In this document: piece after piece, positions 25,386-35,403 of the stretch
Layout of the letters: each line of letters opens with the position of its first letter
Numbering within the stretch: the stretch's first letter is position 1
Source of the DNA: a virus
Reading direction: 5' to 3' (one strand)
Length of the DNA: 64,000 bases
IMG/VR virus record: IMGVR_UViG_3300045988_106231
Coordinates: 70,775-134,774 of that record
Notes under the pieces: generated by a model
Database searches by the model: none
What the model was told of the DNA's origin: nothing
The model's input: only the letters and a program-made list of their open reading frames with translations
Made by a program: the position numbers and the translations under genes

Positions 25386-26018
25386 TTGCTTGGTCATGAA
25401 GCGTATTCTTGTGATATTCAACCTCCGTCCGGTGGTCACCCAGAGTGGCATATTTTGGGTAATGCACTGGCAGCTTTACAGGGTGGGCAGATAGTCACAA
25501 TGGACGGCACACAACACTATGTTAAGCAGTGGGATCTATTGATTGCACATCCTCCGTGTACATATTTATCAAACGCTGGCGCACGATGGTTGTGGGCTGG
25601 GCACAAATTGAATCAAGAACGGTATCAACAGGGATTAGAAGCTAAGGAATTCTTTATGGCGTTTTACAACGCACCGATCAAACACATTTGTGTTGAGAAT
25701 CCAATTCCGAGTGCTGTTTATGAAATGCCAAAACCATCGCAGATGATTCAGCCATATGAATTTTATGGTAAGGACCATCCATGGACAAAGAAGACCTGTT
25801 TATGGCTGAAAGGTCTTCCTAATCTGGTTCCGGTTGAAGCGGTTGAACCGAAGGGTCCGTATTGCCCTTGTGGAACTTCGGCCAATAAAGGCAATGTAAG
25901 AAATCGTGGCGCAGCTAAACGTGGTGAGGATGCAAAGAATAGAGCTAAGACCTTCCATGGGATTGCTCGTGCTATCGCAGAACAATTTTCAGAGTACATT
26001 GAAAATGAGGTGAATTGA
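25386..26018 (+). CDS. C5-cytosine-methyltransferase-like protein with degenerate motif I; start unclear (in-frame extension to 25317 with no ATG/GTG/TTG)
   Basis: AHPPCTYLSNAG matches C5-MTase motif IV (PCQ.FS.AG) with catalytic Cys; ICVENP matches motif VI (ENV). The upstream in-frame sequence LRVLIACEESQEVCKAFRLLGHEAYS aligns to the motif I region but lacks the FxGxGG glycines. GGGGGAG RBS at 25317-25323. No target-recognition domain; only ~230 aa. Confidence 0.5.
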   Translation: MLGHEAYSCDIQPPSGGHPEWHILGNALAALQGGQIVTMDGTQHYVKQWDLLIAHPPCTYLSNAGARWLWAGHKLNQERYQQGLEAKEFFMAFYNAPIKHICVENPIPSAVYEMPKPSQMIQPYEFYGKDHPWTKKTCLWLKGLPNLVPVEAVEPKGPYCPCGTSANKGNVRNRGAAKRGEDAKNRAKTFHGIARAIAEQFSEYIENEVN

Positions 26019-26560
26019 TGCCAGAAAACAAAGGATATCTTACAGCTGACCGATCTGTATCAGGTGATGAGCGATATACACCGGTTTATGCGGTTGTTCC
26101 ACTGCTTGAGTTCACCCCCCCGTCGAGTAAAGCTGTGATTTGGTGTCCGTTTGATAAAGAATGGTCTTCCTTTGTGAAGGTATTCAGAGATGCTGGGTAC
26201 AAGGTAGAATGTAGCCACATTGATAACGGGCAAGATTTCTTTACATATGAACCAGAGCGTTGGGATGTTATGATTTCAAATCCTCCTTTTAGTAGGAAGG
26301 ATGAAGTATTGCGTAGAGCCTATGAGCTTGAAAAGCCGTTTGCTCTACTACTTCCTGCAAATAGTATTCAGGGTAAGACACGATTTGACATCTTCAAAAA
26401 TGATGTACAGATGCTGTGTTTTGATTCTCGAATCGGATTTATGGACCCTGAACATACTGACAGCCCTGTTGAGGGAGTGTCGTTTGGAAGTGCGTACTTC
26501 TGTAGAAATTTTCTTCCAAGTAAGTTAGAGTTACGGAAACTCGATAAAAAAATCTCATAA
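26018..26560 (+). CDS. N6-adenine DNA methyltransferase, phage Dam-like
   Basis: YTPVYAVVPLL followed by ISNPPFS (motif IV NPPF/DPPY); 4-nt overlap with upstream MTase-like gene. Confidence 0.6.
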   Translation: MPENKGYLTADRSVSGDERYTPVYAVVPLLEFTPPSSKAVIWCPFDKEWSSFVKVFRDAGYKVECSHIDNGQDFFTYEPERWDVMISNPPFSRKDEVLRRAYELEKPFALLLPANSIQGKTRFDIFKNDVQMLCFDSRIGFMDPEHTDSPVEGVSFGSAYFCRNFLPSKLELRKLDKKIS

Positions 26561-26588
26561 AAGGCTAATTCAAATAATAGGTGACCTA

Positions 26589-26795
26589 ATGAACAGCAAA
26601 ATTCCTATCAATGTAACTATCGACCACGGTTCCTTGAGCCTTCCGGCAAGTCCTATCTTTCAGAAGGAGAAGAACACGTATCTCTGTCCGTTTTGTGTGA
26701 CGAAGCTGGAAAAGTTCGAGTGTGAATGTTCTGATTGTCATCGCAAGATGGATTGGAGCAGGTTTACTGAAAAGAAGGAGGAGATGTTTAGTTGA
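26589..26795 (+). CDS. zinc-ribbon small protein
   Basis: CPFC...CECSDCHRK Cys pairs. Confidence 0.5.
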   Translation: MNSKIPINVTIDHGSLSLPASPIFQKEKNTYLCPFCVTKLEKFECECSDCHRKMDWSRFTEKKEEMFS

Positions 26796-27070
26796 ATATA
26801 GATTTCTTCCAACGGCGCAAGACACAGCTTGAAGATACGCTTCTTTTGAAAAATCAGGCAGTCGATATGCTTGATTACCTAAAGACGCACTGCATCAACA
26901 ACGACCAGTATTGCGCCATTCGAGATTACATTGAAGAAGCTGCGAAGATTCTGGAGAGTGACCTCGAATATGCAAACAACAAGCTACAGTCCGCATTCAG
27001 ACCTAAGTATGGCCGGAATAATAGACTGACTCGTGCTCAATCTAAGATGTTCCGTGATAGAGAATATTAA
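26792..27070 (+). CDS. hypothetical protein (TTG start)
   Basis: AAGGAGGAG 8 nt before TTG 26792. Confidence 0.5.
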   Translation: MNIDFFQRRKTQLEDTLLLKNQAVDMLDYLKTHCINNDQYCAIRDYIEEAAKILESDLEYANNKLQSAFRPKYGRNNRLTRAQSKMFRDREY

Positions 27071-27087
27071 AAATGGGGTGATGCCGT

Positions 27088-27300
27088 ATGAACACATGTA
27101 AGAAAATATGTAACTGGTGTGGTCGTGAAATCAAGTCGATAGGTAGCGAGCAGGGAATCAGTTTTGAGCATCAATACTCTTATGGTAGCCAGCTTGATGG
27201 TTCGTTTTTGAGTTTTGATTTGTGTCCTGAGTGTTCAGAACTGCTCCCAATAGTGCTCGGCGCAATGTTTGTACATAATCCCTTAAAGGACGATTTCTAA
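27088..27300 (+). CDS. zinc-ribbon small protein (CNWCG...CPECS)
   Basis: Two CxxC pairs; 70 aa. Confidence 0.5.
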   Translation: MNTCKKICNWCGREIKSIGSEQGISFEHQYSYGSQLDGSFLSFDLCPECSELLPIVLGAMFVHNPLKDDF

Positions 27301-27445
27301 CGGCGAGTGCCGTATGAAATATAAGCCATCAATAAGCCAGACGGAGGACAATACATAGAATGAATAGTACGTGAATTGATTTAAGACAATAAAAAGAAAC
27401 ATAAGTGATTATCAATGAAATAAAATTACATAAAGGAGACTTGAT

Positions 27446-28549
27446 ATGGCAGATAGAATTTTTAATCTTCCTCAGACCCGTGGTTCTTTTGAGATGGCTG
27501 GTAAGGTCACAGGCACCCAGCGTAGCAACTTCTATAACGAGAAGGAGACCAAGAGTGGTGCTATGCGCCGTGTTCTGAGCTTTGGCGTTCAGACTTCCAA
27601 CGAAAATACTTTCTATGTTGATCTGGCTGGTATGCCTCGTGATAAGGTTTACTTCTTCCGCCGTGCCGATAAGGACAAGGGCATCGAGAAGGATAAGAAG
27701 GAAGTCGCGTGGAAGGATCGTCTGACTTATGTTGCACCGGAAGGCTATGATATGATTGGCGTTAAGGTCGGTGTTACCAAGAAGACAAATGAGTCTGGTA
27801 AGGTCGTCAATGATAACAAGACTCTGACCGACTTCGATGCAACCAAGGAGATTTCTGAGAACCTGCACGACGGCGATAACGTGTATGTTCGTGGTAACAT
27901 CGAGTACAGCACTTACAATGGTAAGCACCAGATTCGCTTTGTTCCTACTCAGGTGTCGCTGAGTTCTAAGGAAATCGACTTCGATGCAGAGGGTTTTGAG
28001 GAACTGGCTCTGTTCACTCAGACCATTGTGTACACTGGTTGCCGCAAGAGCGATGAGGATGATGAAGTAGTTGTTGATGCCAAGATTGTGAACTACAACA
28101 CCATCGAAGATGCCGAGTTCTTTATTGACTATAAGGCAAACGCTCAGAATAAGGTTCTGGCAGACTCTATTCGTAAGCGTCTGAAGTCTTATACCAGTTT
28201 TGAGTGCTTTGGTCCTATCGTTAATCAGCAGAAGGTTGAGGAAGTTGAGACCGAGAATATCTGGGGTGGTCCCAACAAGATGAAGCGCCAGAGCACTCCG
28301 GCGGTTCGCAAGCTGTATATTGAGGGTGTTAATCCTGACTCCTTTGATCCGAACCCCGGCGAGAAGGATGCAGAGCCCACTTACACTGAGGACAATATCT
28401 CCGAGGCACGGGCAAAGATTGCTGCCAATGCTCAGGCAAAGAAGGACTTCGACGGTAAGGCCGCTGAGAACGACACTTCTTGGTGGGGTGATTCTAACAA
28501 GTCTACTGCAACTCCTGTAAACGAGGAAGAAGATGACTGGGGACTGTAA
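27446..28549 (+). CDS. putative ssDNA-binding/annealing protein (acidic C-terminal tail)
   Basis: 367 aa; AAAGGAGA RBS; ends in acidic ...NEEEDDWGL tail reminiscent of SSB C-termini; located just upstream of the Sak4-like ATPase. Confidence 0.35.
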   Translation: MADRIFNLPQTRGSFEMAGKVTGTQRSNFYNEKETKSGAMRRVLSFGVQTSNENTFYVDLAGMPRDKVYFFRRADKDKGIEKDKKEVAWKDRLTYVAPEGYDMIGVKVGVTKKTNESGKVVNDNKTLTDFDATKEISENLHDGDNVYVRGNIEYSTYNGKHQIRFVPTQVSLSSKEIDFDAEGFEELALFTQTIVYTGCRKSDEDDEVVVDAKIVNYNTIEDAEFFIDYKANAQNKVLADSIRKRLKSYTSFECFGPIVNQQKVEEVETENIWGGPNKMKRQSTPAVRKLYIEGVNPDSFDPNPGEKDAEPTYTEDNISEARAKIAANAQAKKDFDGKAAENDTSWWGDSNKSTATPVNEEEDDWGL

Positions 28550-28594
28550 TTTTTAGTCTTAGCTAAGTAATACAGGATACAGAGAGGGCTAGTT

Positions 28595-28888
28595 ATGCAA
28601 AATACTCTTGAATATACTGCCTATAATGGCATGAAGTTTTACATTGTTTATATTGAGACGCTTGAAAAAGAGCCAGAAGAAGATTCTCCCATGATGTCTA
28701 TTTTGTTTACTACGCATCCTGAGATTATTGAAGAAGCTATAGCTTATGCGGAATGTAATGATAATGCTATTCCGGTAGGGTGTAAGGATATTCTGGCTGA
28801 TAGTGTGGATAGCATTACCCGCCAGTTGGATTATATTGCTCATGCAGTTGAGACTGGTGATCCATGGTATGAGTGTTTGAAAGTTTAA
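28595..28888 (+). CDS. hypothetical protein
   Basis: Preceded by a copy of the 21-bp conserved motif and GAGAGGG RBS. Confidence 0.55.
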   Translation: MQNTLEYTAYNGMKFYIVYIETLEKEPEEDSPMMSILFTTHPEIIEEAIAYAECNDNAIPVGCKDILADSVDSITRQLDYIAHAVETGDPWYECLKV

Positions 28889-28921
28889 TAAAAGAAAAGA
28901 TTTAGAGAGGAATTTACATAT

Positions 28922-30070
28922 ATGGCTATGATTCGTAAGGCATCTGCTGTTCGTAAGAAGCTTCATATGCTGATTTATGGCGAACAGGGAACTGGTAAGT
29001 CTCGTACTGCTATGCAGCTGTGCTATTTGAAGAATGCAGACGGTAAGCCGTTCCGTGTTCTGTATTTGGATACCGAGAATGGTTCTATTGATAATTACAC
29101 CGAGGAGCTGGAAGCCAATGGTATGAATCCTGATAATCTGCTGATTGTTTACACACAGTCTCTAGCAGAGGTTCAGGATTATATCAAGATGGTTACCAAC
29201 GATGAGGATATTGAGGATGAGAATGGAGATGTTTATCTGGATGCAGATGGCAAGCCGTTCCGTGCAGACGCTCTGGTTGTTGACTCCGCTTCCATCCTCA
29301 AGATGACTGCTACCCAGGGCCTCACCGCCTTCTCGCAGAAGCGTGCCAAGGTTAAGGCTGCATCTCAGGGTCTGACCGGTGATGAAAAGGCAGTTAAGAT
29401 TGAGGGTGCTGGCATGGAGCTCAAGGATTTCAATACCCTGAACTTCAAGGGTCAGTCTCTGATTTTGGATCTGAATGCATCTGGTGTGAACTACATCGTT
29501 GTTTGCCGAGAGAAGGACGAGAAGCATACTAAGGTTGTGAATGGTTCTATCGTAAGTGAGCCTACTGGTCGTAAGATTCCTGATGGGTTTGCTGGTCAGG
29601 AGTACAACGTTGATACTGAGTTCCGCCTGTATTTTCAGGATGGTCAGCAGCTCGCTTTCTTCGATAAGGATCGTACCGGTATGCATAAGGGCGGTGAGGT
29701 AGTTGAGGATCTGACCCTGCTTGAGTATCAGGATATTATCTCTAGTAGCGCAAAGAATCGGGAGAACGTCATCAAAAACGGCTTAAACGATGCTGTTAAG
29801 ACTGAGGTTAAGCTGAGTATGCGTGACCTTGGTATCGAAAATGATGACCCCGACGACGCGCCTGCGGACAAGAGTTCTGAGTTTAAGGAGCCTTCTCTGG
29901 ATGACATCAAAGCAAAGCTGAACGACCTGATTGCTTCCGCTTCTCCTGTGAAGAAGAGCGCTGCACAGAAGGCTGTTAAGGCGGCTGGCCTGTCTACCGC
30001 ATTCCGTTCCATGACTGATGTTGAGGAACTGAAGAAGGTTGCTGCAATCATGGAGAAGGAACTGGCTTAA
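28922..30070 (+). CDS. RecA-like/AAA ATPase (Sak4-like phage recombination/replication ATPase)
   Basis: Walker A YGEQGTGKS near N-terminus; Walker B-like LLIVY...D; 382 aa. Confidence 0.5.
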   Translation: MAMIRKASAVRKKLHMLIYGEQGTGKSRTAMQLCYLKNADGKPFRVLYLDTENGSIDNYTEELEANGMNPDNLLIVYTQSLAEVQDYIKMVTNDEDIEDENGDVYLDADGKPFRADALVVDSASILKMTATQGLTAFSQKRAKVKAASQGLTGDEKAVKIEGAGMELKDFNTLNFKGQSLILDLNASGVNYIVVCREKDEKHTKVVNGSIVSEPTGRKIPDGFAGQEYNVDTEFRLYFQDGQQLAFFDKDRTGMHKGGEVVEDLTLLEYQDIISSSAKNRENVIKNGLNDAVKTEVKLSMRDLGIENDDPDDAPADKSSEFKEPSLDDIKAKLNDLIASASPVKKSAAQKAVKAAGLSTAFRSMTDVEELKKVAAIMEKELA

Positions 30071-30762
30071 TGGAACTTACCCGTAAATGTATGATTTGCG
30101 GGAAGAATATTTTCATCGAGCGAGACCGTAGCACGTTTTTCTACGACAAGACGGGCTTTTGCCATAAAGATTGTTTTGTAGAAAAAAAGAAAAATCAAAA
30201 ACGCCCTTGGACAGATGACCTGCTAAGGGCATTTTTTGACAAAGTGAAACCTGATACGGATAAAAAGGTCGATGATATTCTTTCCAAAAAGAGAGAACAA
30301 GACCACAATCGTGAGCTTGCACAGATCAAACAGGAAGAAAAAAAGATTCTTTTCGACCATATTCGAGATACATACGCCCCGGCGGTTGTTCCGGGCAGTT
30401 TCTACTCGAAACTTACGCAGTTGATTTCCGGTAATTATTACAAATATAGAGGTTCGATTCCTCCGCTAGAACTTTACGATATGTGGGTTCTAGCGAAACC
30501 CCGACTAGATAAAATAATTGCCGAGAAAGAAGCAAAAGGTTTTGATATGAGTCAGCGATGGAATTATGACTTGGCTGTTTTGCTGGCACAATATCCGAGT
30601 TATCTCGAACAAAAAGAAAGACAAGCTTCGATTCGTAGTGAATGCGAAGGTAAAACAAAGGAAAACCTGATGGAAACGGTACTGAAACGGATGAAAACAG
30701 TACCAAAACAGAACAAAAACGAGAATGAAATAGATATAAATGCAATTCTCGATGAGATATAA
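30070..30762 (+). CDS. hypothetical protein with N-terminal zinc finger (CMICG...CHKDC); possible helicase loader
   Basis: Sits between the ATPase and the DnaB-like helicase; ATGG overlap with previous stop. Confidence 0.5.
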   Translation: MELTRKCMICGKNIFIERDRSTFFYDKTGFCHKDCFVEKKKNQKRPWTDDLLRAFFDKVKPDTDKKVDDILSKKREQDHNRELAQIKQEEKKILFDHIRDTYAPAVVPGSFYSKLTQLISGNYYKYRGSIPPLELYDMWVLAKPRLDKIIAEKEAKGFDMSQRWNYDLAVLLAQYPSYLEQKERQASIRSECEGKTKENLMETVLKRMKTVPKQNKNENEIDINAILDEI

Positions 30763-30783
30763 AAGCACGAGGGAGGTGGATGA

Positions 30784-32307
30784 GTGGAACTCATTTCAAA
30801 TATCCCGAACGAAATTCTATTTGTCGGCGCAATCTACAAGCATCCTGATTATTTGGTCGAATATGGGCATTATGTCAAGAGCAAGTACGATTTTGCCGAT
30901 GAAGCAACAAAATTTTTCTACGATTCAGCGTTAATTATTTACGAAACTCGGACTCAAGAATTCAACAAAACATCTGTTCTAACGTTTATGGCTGAAGATG
31001 AGTCCAGACTGTCCCAATACAAGCGGCTAAAGGGCTGGTCAACCATTGAATACTATATGAGTCTTGCAAATGACGAGGATATCAAGGGATATTTCAATAT
31101 CCTAAAGAAATACTCGTTACTTCGTGAGTATCAGAGAAACGGATTCAACATTGAAGGAATCTTGAAGCATCGACAGTTTGAAATGTTTGGTGCTCAGGAC
31201 ATTTACAAACTGATTCGTGGTAAGGCTGACAAGATCAATACCGTCATCATTACAAACGATGATGCTGAGATTTTGAATAACGGTCTACTACCGATGATCA
31301 ATGAACGTCTGAGCGTTCCTGATATGGGCTTGCCATTCCAGTATCCTATCATGAATGATTTGTTCCGAGGATTGAAACTAGGCACTGTGATGTTCAATGG
31401 TATGCCATCTAACGCTGGCAAGACTAGATACATGATGGCGATTGTTGCCTACGTCACATTAGTTCAAAAGCAGAAAGCTCTTCTGCTGCTGAATGAGATG
31501 GATCTTGAGTCAGTCCGGTATTGCTTACTGGTCACTGCCATCAATAATCCTGAGTTTCAAGAGTTGCATGGTCATCGCTTCCACAAAGATGAACGAGAAA
31601 TCACCCTTGGAATGTACCGGGACGCAAATGGAAACTTCATCTTCCGAAAGCAAAACGAAGATGGAGAGTACATAGAAAGCATTGATGAGTTCACTGCTCG
31701 TGTCTACGAGGAGAGCGAAGAGTATCGTAATGTGCTTGATGTTTGCCAGTGGATCGAGAACGAATCACAGGGCTTGATTATCGCAAAGGATGTCTCCGCT
31801 GATTATAGTGATAAGTCTCTGCGGTTCGAGATCCAGAAGGCAGCTCTCACCCAGGGTGTCAAGTATGTGTTCTACGATACTCTAAAGAACGATATTGCTT
31901 CGATTGGTGAATGGGCAGCATTTAAGGTCACAGCCACCGAACTTGAAGAGATTGCAAAAAATCTGAAAATCTTTATCTACGGTAGTATCCAGTTGGCTGA
32001 AAATGCTCATGAGTATCTTCCTGATGAGCTGAATTCAAACAACATTGCTGAGTCAAAAATGATTAAGCATGTTGCTTGGACGATGGTTCTATTCAAGGAG
32101 ATTCCAAAAGATAAGTTCGTGAAGTATCAATACATTTCTCATGACCCTGAGTGGGGCGGTGACTGTGCTCATCGGCTAAATCCAGATAAGCGGTATTACG
32201 TTGGAAATATTGATAAGAACCGCTTTGGTGAGAAAAAGAAAATCATGTTTGAAGTAAATTTGAACCAGAATGTCTGGAAAGAGGTCGGTGTCTGCACCAG
32301 AAAGTAA
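30784..32307 (+). CDS. DnaB-like replicative helicase (GTG start)
   Basis: Walker A GMPSNAGKTR resembles DnaB G.PS.GKT; N-terminal domain pattern similar to DnaB N-terminus; GGGAGGTGG RBS. Confidence 0.55.
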   Translation: MELISNIPNEILFVGAIYKHPDYLVEYGHYVKSKYDFADEATKFFYDSALIIYETRTQEFNKTSVLTFMAEDESRLSQYKRLKGWSTIEYYMSLANDEDIKGYFNILKKYSLLREYQRNGFNIEGILKHRQFEMFGAQDIYKLIRGKADKINTVIITNDDAEILNNGLLPMINERLSVPDMGLPFQYPIMNDLFRGLKLGTVMFNGMPSNAGKTRYMMAIVAYVTLVQKQKALLLLNEMDLESVRYCLLVTAINNPEFQELHGHRFHKDEREITLGMYRDANGNFIFRKQNEDGEYIESIDEFTARVYEESEEYRNVLDVCQWIENESQGLIIAKDVSADYSDKSLRFEIQKAALTQGVKYVFYDTLKNDIASIGEWAAFKVTATELEEIAKNLKIFIYGSIQLAENAHEYLPDELNSNNIAESKMIKHVAWTMVLFKEIPKDKFVKYQYISHDPEWGGDCAHRLNPDKRYYVGNIDKNRFGEKKKIMFEVNLNQNVWKEVGVCTRK

Positions 32308-32316
32308 GGAACTACA

Positions 32317-33339
32317 ATGGTAAATATCGCAGATTTGAAAAATTACATTCTTGAAGAACAGCAGATTGAGCCGATCCTAGAGGAGCTTGGTTGTCATCAT
32401 ATTAGTCACAAAGCTGGATATTACCAGTGTGCGAATCCAGATGGCGACAATAGAACGGCACTCTGTATTTACGAGAATGAAAATCTTACTGCGGTAGATT
32501 ACACACGAGACATTGCCAATGGAAAGACCAGCTATGATTTGATTTCTGTCGTCCAGTTTTTTCTGGAACTGTCTTTCCCAAAAGCCATTAAGCAAATCTG
32601 CGAATGGGTTGGGCTTGATTACTATCATAACTTTGAGGAAGACCTTCCTAAAAGTATGTTGATCTTAAAAGAGCTTATCGCCATGCAAAATGAAGGTGAA
32701 GAACACGAGGATGACCGTCCGATAGTCCCCATCTCTGAAGCTATCCTCGGCTATTATAAACCTCATGTAAACCAGATTTTTGCTGACGATGGGATATCTT
32801 ACGAGACGCAGCAAGAGTTCGAGATTGGCTTTGATGAGCTGACAAATAGAATCACGATTCCAATCAGAGATGAAATTGGTACTCTGGTTGGTGTAAAAGG
32901 AAGATACTTTGGTAAACCCCCAGAAGGTGAATTGAAGTATCTGTATCTTGAGCCGTGTGCCAGAAACCGTATTCTGTATGGCCTGTACAAAACAGAGCCC
33001 TATATCAAGAATAAAGGTCTGGTATATGTCGGTGAGGCTGAAAAGTCTGTCATGCAGATGTGGAATATGGATGTCTACAACTGTGTGGCGACTGGCGGTA
33101 AGAAGGTTTCACAGAATCAAATTGAAATTTTAACACGTCTTTGTGTTGATATTTGTTTCGTCTTTGATAAAGACGTTCAGCTTAGTGAGCTTATGGTTCT
33201 CGCCAATCGATTTGTCGATGGCGTAAGTGTGTATGCTGTAGTAGATGATAAAGGGATTCTGGATGAAAAGGAAGCCCCGACTGATAATCCTGAAAAATTT
33301 AAGGCGTTGATTGAGAACTGTGTTAGGAGAATTAAATGA
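32317..33339 (+). CDS. DnaG-like primase (Toprim domain)
   Basis: N-terminal Cys/His cluster (CHHISHKAGYYQCANPDG); central YVGEAEKSVMQ...ATGG Toprim-like acidic motifs; adjacent to helicase. Confidence 0.5.
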   Translation: MVNIADLKNYILEEQQIEPILEELGCHHISHKAGYYQCANPDGDNRTALCIYENENLTAVDYTRDIANGKTSYDLISVVQFFLELSFPKAIKQICEWVGLDYYHNFEEDLPKSMLILKELIAMQNEGEEHEDDRPIVPISEAILGYYKPHVNQIFADDGISYETQQEFEIGFDELTNRITIPIRDEIGTLVGVKGRYFGKPPEGELKYLYLEPCARNRILYGLYKTEPYIKNKGLVYVGEAEKSVMQMWNMDVYNCVATGGKKVSQNQIEILTRLCVDICFVFDKDVQLSELMVLANRFVDGVSVYAVVDDKGILDEKEAPTDNPEKFKALIENCVRRIK

Positions 33340-35060
33340 ATGTAAAACTCTGGAAGGGGAGTAGGAACGACCTATCAGACCCGATTGGAACGATTATGGA
33401 GAACAGAGGGGTTGAGGATTATAAGACCTACATGAATCTGGATGATTCTTGCTTAAATTCTCCGTGGGAACTGGGTAACATGGAAGATGCTGTTAGGCTG
33501 TTGAATAAACACATCTGGAATAAGTCTATTATCTCTATCCTTGTAGACTGTGATGTGGATGGATTCACAAGTGCTTCAATGATGTTTCAGTATTTGAAGA
33601 CGATTGGTTATTTTGGAAAAATCAATGTTCTGCATCATAGTGGAAAGGAGCATGGGCTCTCTAAAGAAATTGAGGTTCCACCTGAAACTACCTTGCTGAT
33701 TATTCCTGATGCTGGCAGCAATGATGTTGAGCAGTGTAAGGAGCTCCGTGAAAAGGGCATTGATATTTTGATTCTTGACCATCACATCTGTGATAGAGAA
33801 AATCCTTACGCAGTAATCGTCAACAATCAGAACGGTACATATCCCAACAAGGAACTGTCCGGTGCTGGTGTTGTGTATAAGTTCCTTCAGGCTGTTGACG
33901 AATATAATTGGACTGACGTTGCAGATAGGTATCTTGATCTGGTGGCTGTTGGAAACATCGGTGATGTCATGGATATGCACTCGCATGAGACGAAGCGCCT
34001 TTGCACGAAAGGTCTGGCACGTATTGTAAATTCGATGATTTGTGCCCTAGTTGAAGCAAATAGCTTCAATATTAAGGGTGATCCTACTATCAATGATGTT
34101 CAGTTCTACATTGTTCCGATGATGAACGCACTGATTCGTGTTGGTTCGTCTGAACAAAAGAAGCGGATGTTCCGTGCAATGGTCGGTGAAAAACAGACTT
34201 TCCAGTACACTCCGACTCGTGGTAAGAATGCTGGTGTCACGATTGATGAAACTCTGGCGCAACATGTGGCTCGTGAGTGTTCCTCTTGCAAGTACCAGCA
34301 GAATAAAATCAAGGACAAGGCTGTTGGAGAGCTTCAAAAGTTAATTGAAAAGCACGGTGCAGACCAGAATAAGATTCTTTTCTGTAACTCTACAGGTATT
34401 CTTGATAACACTCTGACCGGTGTTGTAGCAATCAAGCTGGCTGAAATGTACGCAAAACCGTGTGTGTTGCTTCGTACTTTTGCCGATGAACCGGACTATT
34501 ATGGTGGTTCAATGAGAAATCCCGACGGTTCTCCGATTGAAAGTCTAAAGGAATTCTTGATGAGTACCGGAGATTTCGAATCGGTTCTTGGTCACGATAA
34601 CGCTGCTGGCGTGAAAATCAAGAAAGAAAACGTGCCAAAGGCTATTGCAGACTGTGATGAGCTGCTTAAAGATGTCACGATGAGTAAGGCAATCGTGGTT
34701 GATTTTGATTTTGATTATAATAAATTGAACATTGCATTGCCGAAGATGATGTACGAGATGCGCAAAGTCTGGGCGCAGGGCATTTCTGAGCCGTATTTCT
34801 ATATTAGAAACATTCCGCTTGTTCATAGTGGGTGTGCTCCGATGGGCAAAAACGGAAATATGTGGAAGTATTCTGATGAAGAAAAAGGCATTGATTTTGT
34901 GTGCTTTACAGATAATGGCCGGATGCTTAGTTGGATCAATAATGACTTCTATGGTGATCAGGAAGAGAAATACATCAATGCGGTATGCCGGTTGTCTCTA
35001 AATCAGTATGGGAACAAGGTCACGCCACAGGCACAAATTGTGGATCTTGAGGTGATTTGA
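33336..35060 (+). CDS. DHH-family phosphoesterase (RecJ-like exonuclease)
   Basis: DCDVDG (DHH motif I), IIPDAGSND (motif II) and LDHHIC (motif III, DHH). Confidence 0.6.
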   Translation: MNVKLWKGSRNDLSDPIGTIMENRGVEDYKTYMNLDDSCLNSPWELGNMEDAVRLLNKHIWNKSIISILVDCDVDGFTSASMMFQYLKTIGYFGKINVLHHSGKEHGLSKEIEVPPETTLLIIPDAGSNDVEQCKELREKGIDILILDHHICDRENPYAVIVNNQNGTYPNKELSGAGVVYKFLQAVDEYNWTDVADRYLDLVAVGNIGDVMDMHSHETKRLCTKGLARIVNSMICALVEANSFNIKGDPTINDVQFYIVPMMNALIRVGSSEQKKRMFRAMVGEKQTFQYTPTRGKNAGVTIDETLAQHVARECSSCKYQQNKIKDKAVGELQKLIEKHGADQNKILFCNSTGILDNTLTGVVAIKLAEMYAKPCVLLRTFADEPDYYGGSMRNPDGSPIESLKEFLMSTGDFESVLGHDNAAGVKIKKENVPKAIADCDELLKDVTMSKAIVVDFDFDYNKLNIALPKMMYEMRKVWAQGISEPYFYIRNIPLVHSGCAPMGKNGNMWKYSDEEKGIDFVCFTDNGRMLSWINNDFYGDQEEKYINAVCRLSLNQYGNKVTPQAQIVDLEVI

Positions 35061-35061
35061 T

Positions 35062-35403
35062 ATGGAAAATTGGAAACGTGCTATCGCCATCGACTTTGAT
35101 GGTACACTCTGCGAGAATGAATATCCTGATATTGGTGAGCCGAATTGGAATGTCATCTATCAGGCAATTCAGGAACAGAAGTATGGTTCTGGTTTGATTC
35201 TTTGGACTTGCCGGGAAGGTGAACTGCTTTATAACGCACTTGAGGCTTGTGCTGAATGGGGACTGTATTTTGATGCCATCAACGAGAGCCTTCCTGAATG
35301 GAAAGAGCATTTTGGGACTTCACCTCGAAAGGTCGGCGCTAATGAATATTGGGATGATAAGGCTGTGCCTGTGAAGAATGGAGGGCTGGTTTACAATGAC
35401 TAA
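35062..35403 (+). CDS. HAD-superfamily small phosphatase-like protein
   Basis: AIDFDGTL matches HAD motif I DxDGT. Confidence 0.45.
   Translation: MENWKRAIAIDFDGTLCENEYPDIGEPNWNVIYQAIQEQKYGSGLILWTCREGELLYNALEACAEWGLYFDAINESLPEWKEHFGTSPRKVGANEYWDDKAVPVKNGGLVYND

Noticed and set aside
27446-28549. Confident SSB annotation
   Set aside because: Only the acidic C-terminal tail and genomic context support it; no OB-fold motif could be verified by eye. It is kept as a low-confidence call.
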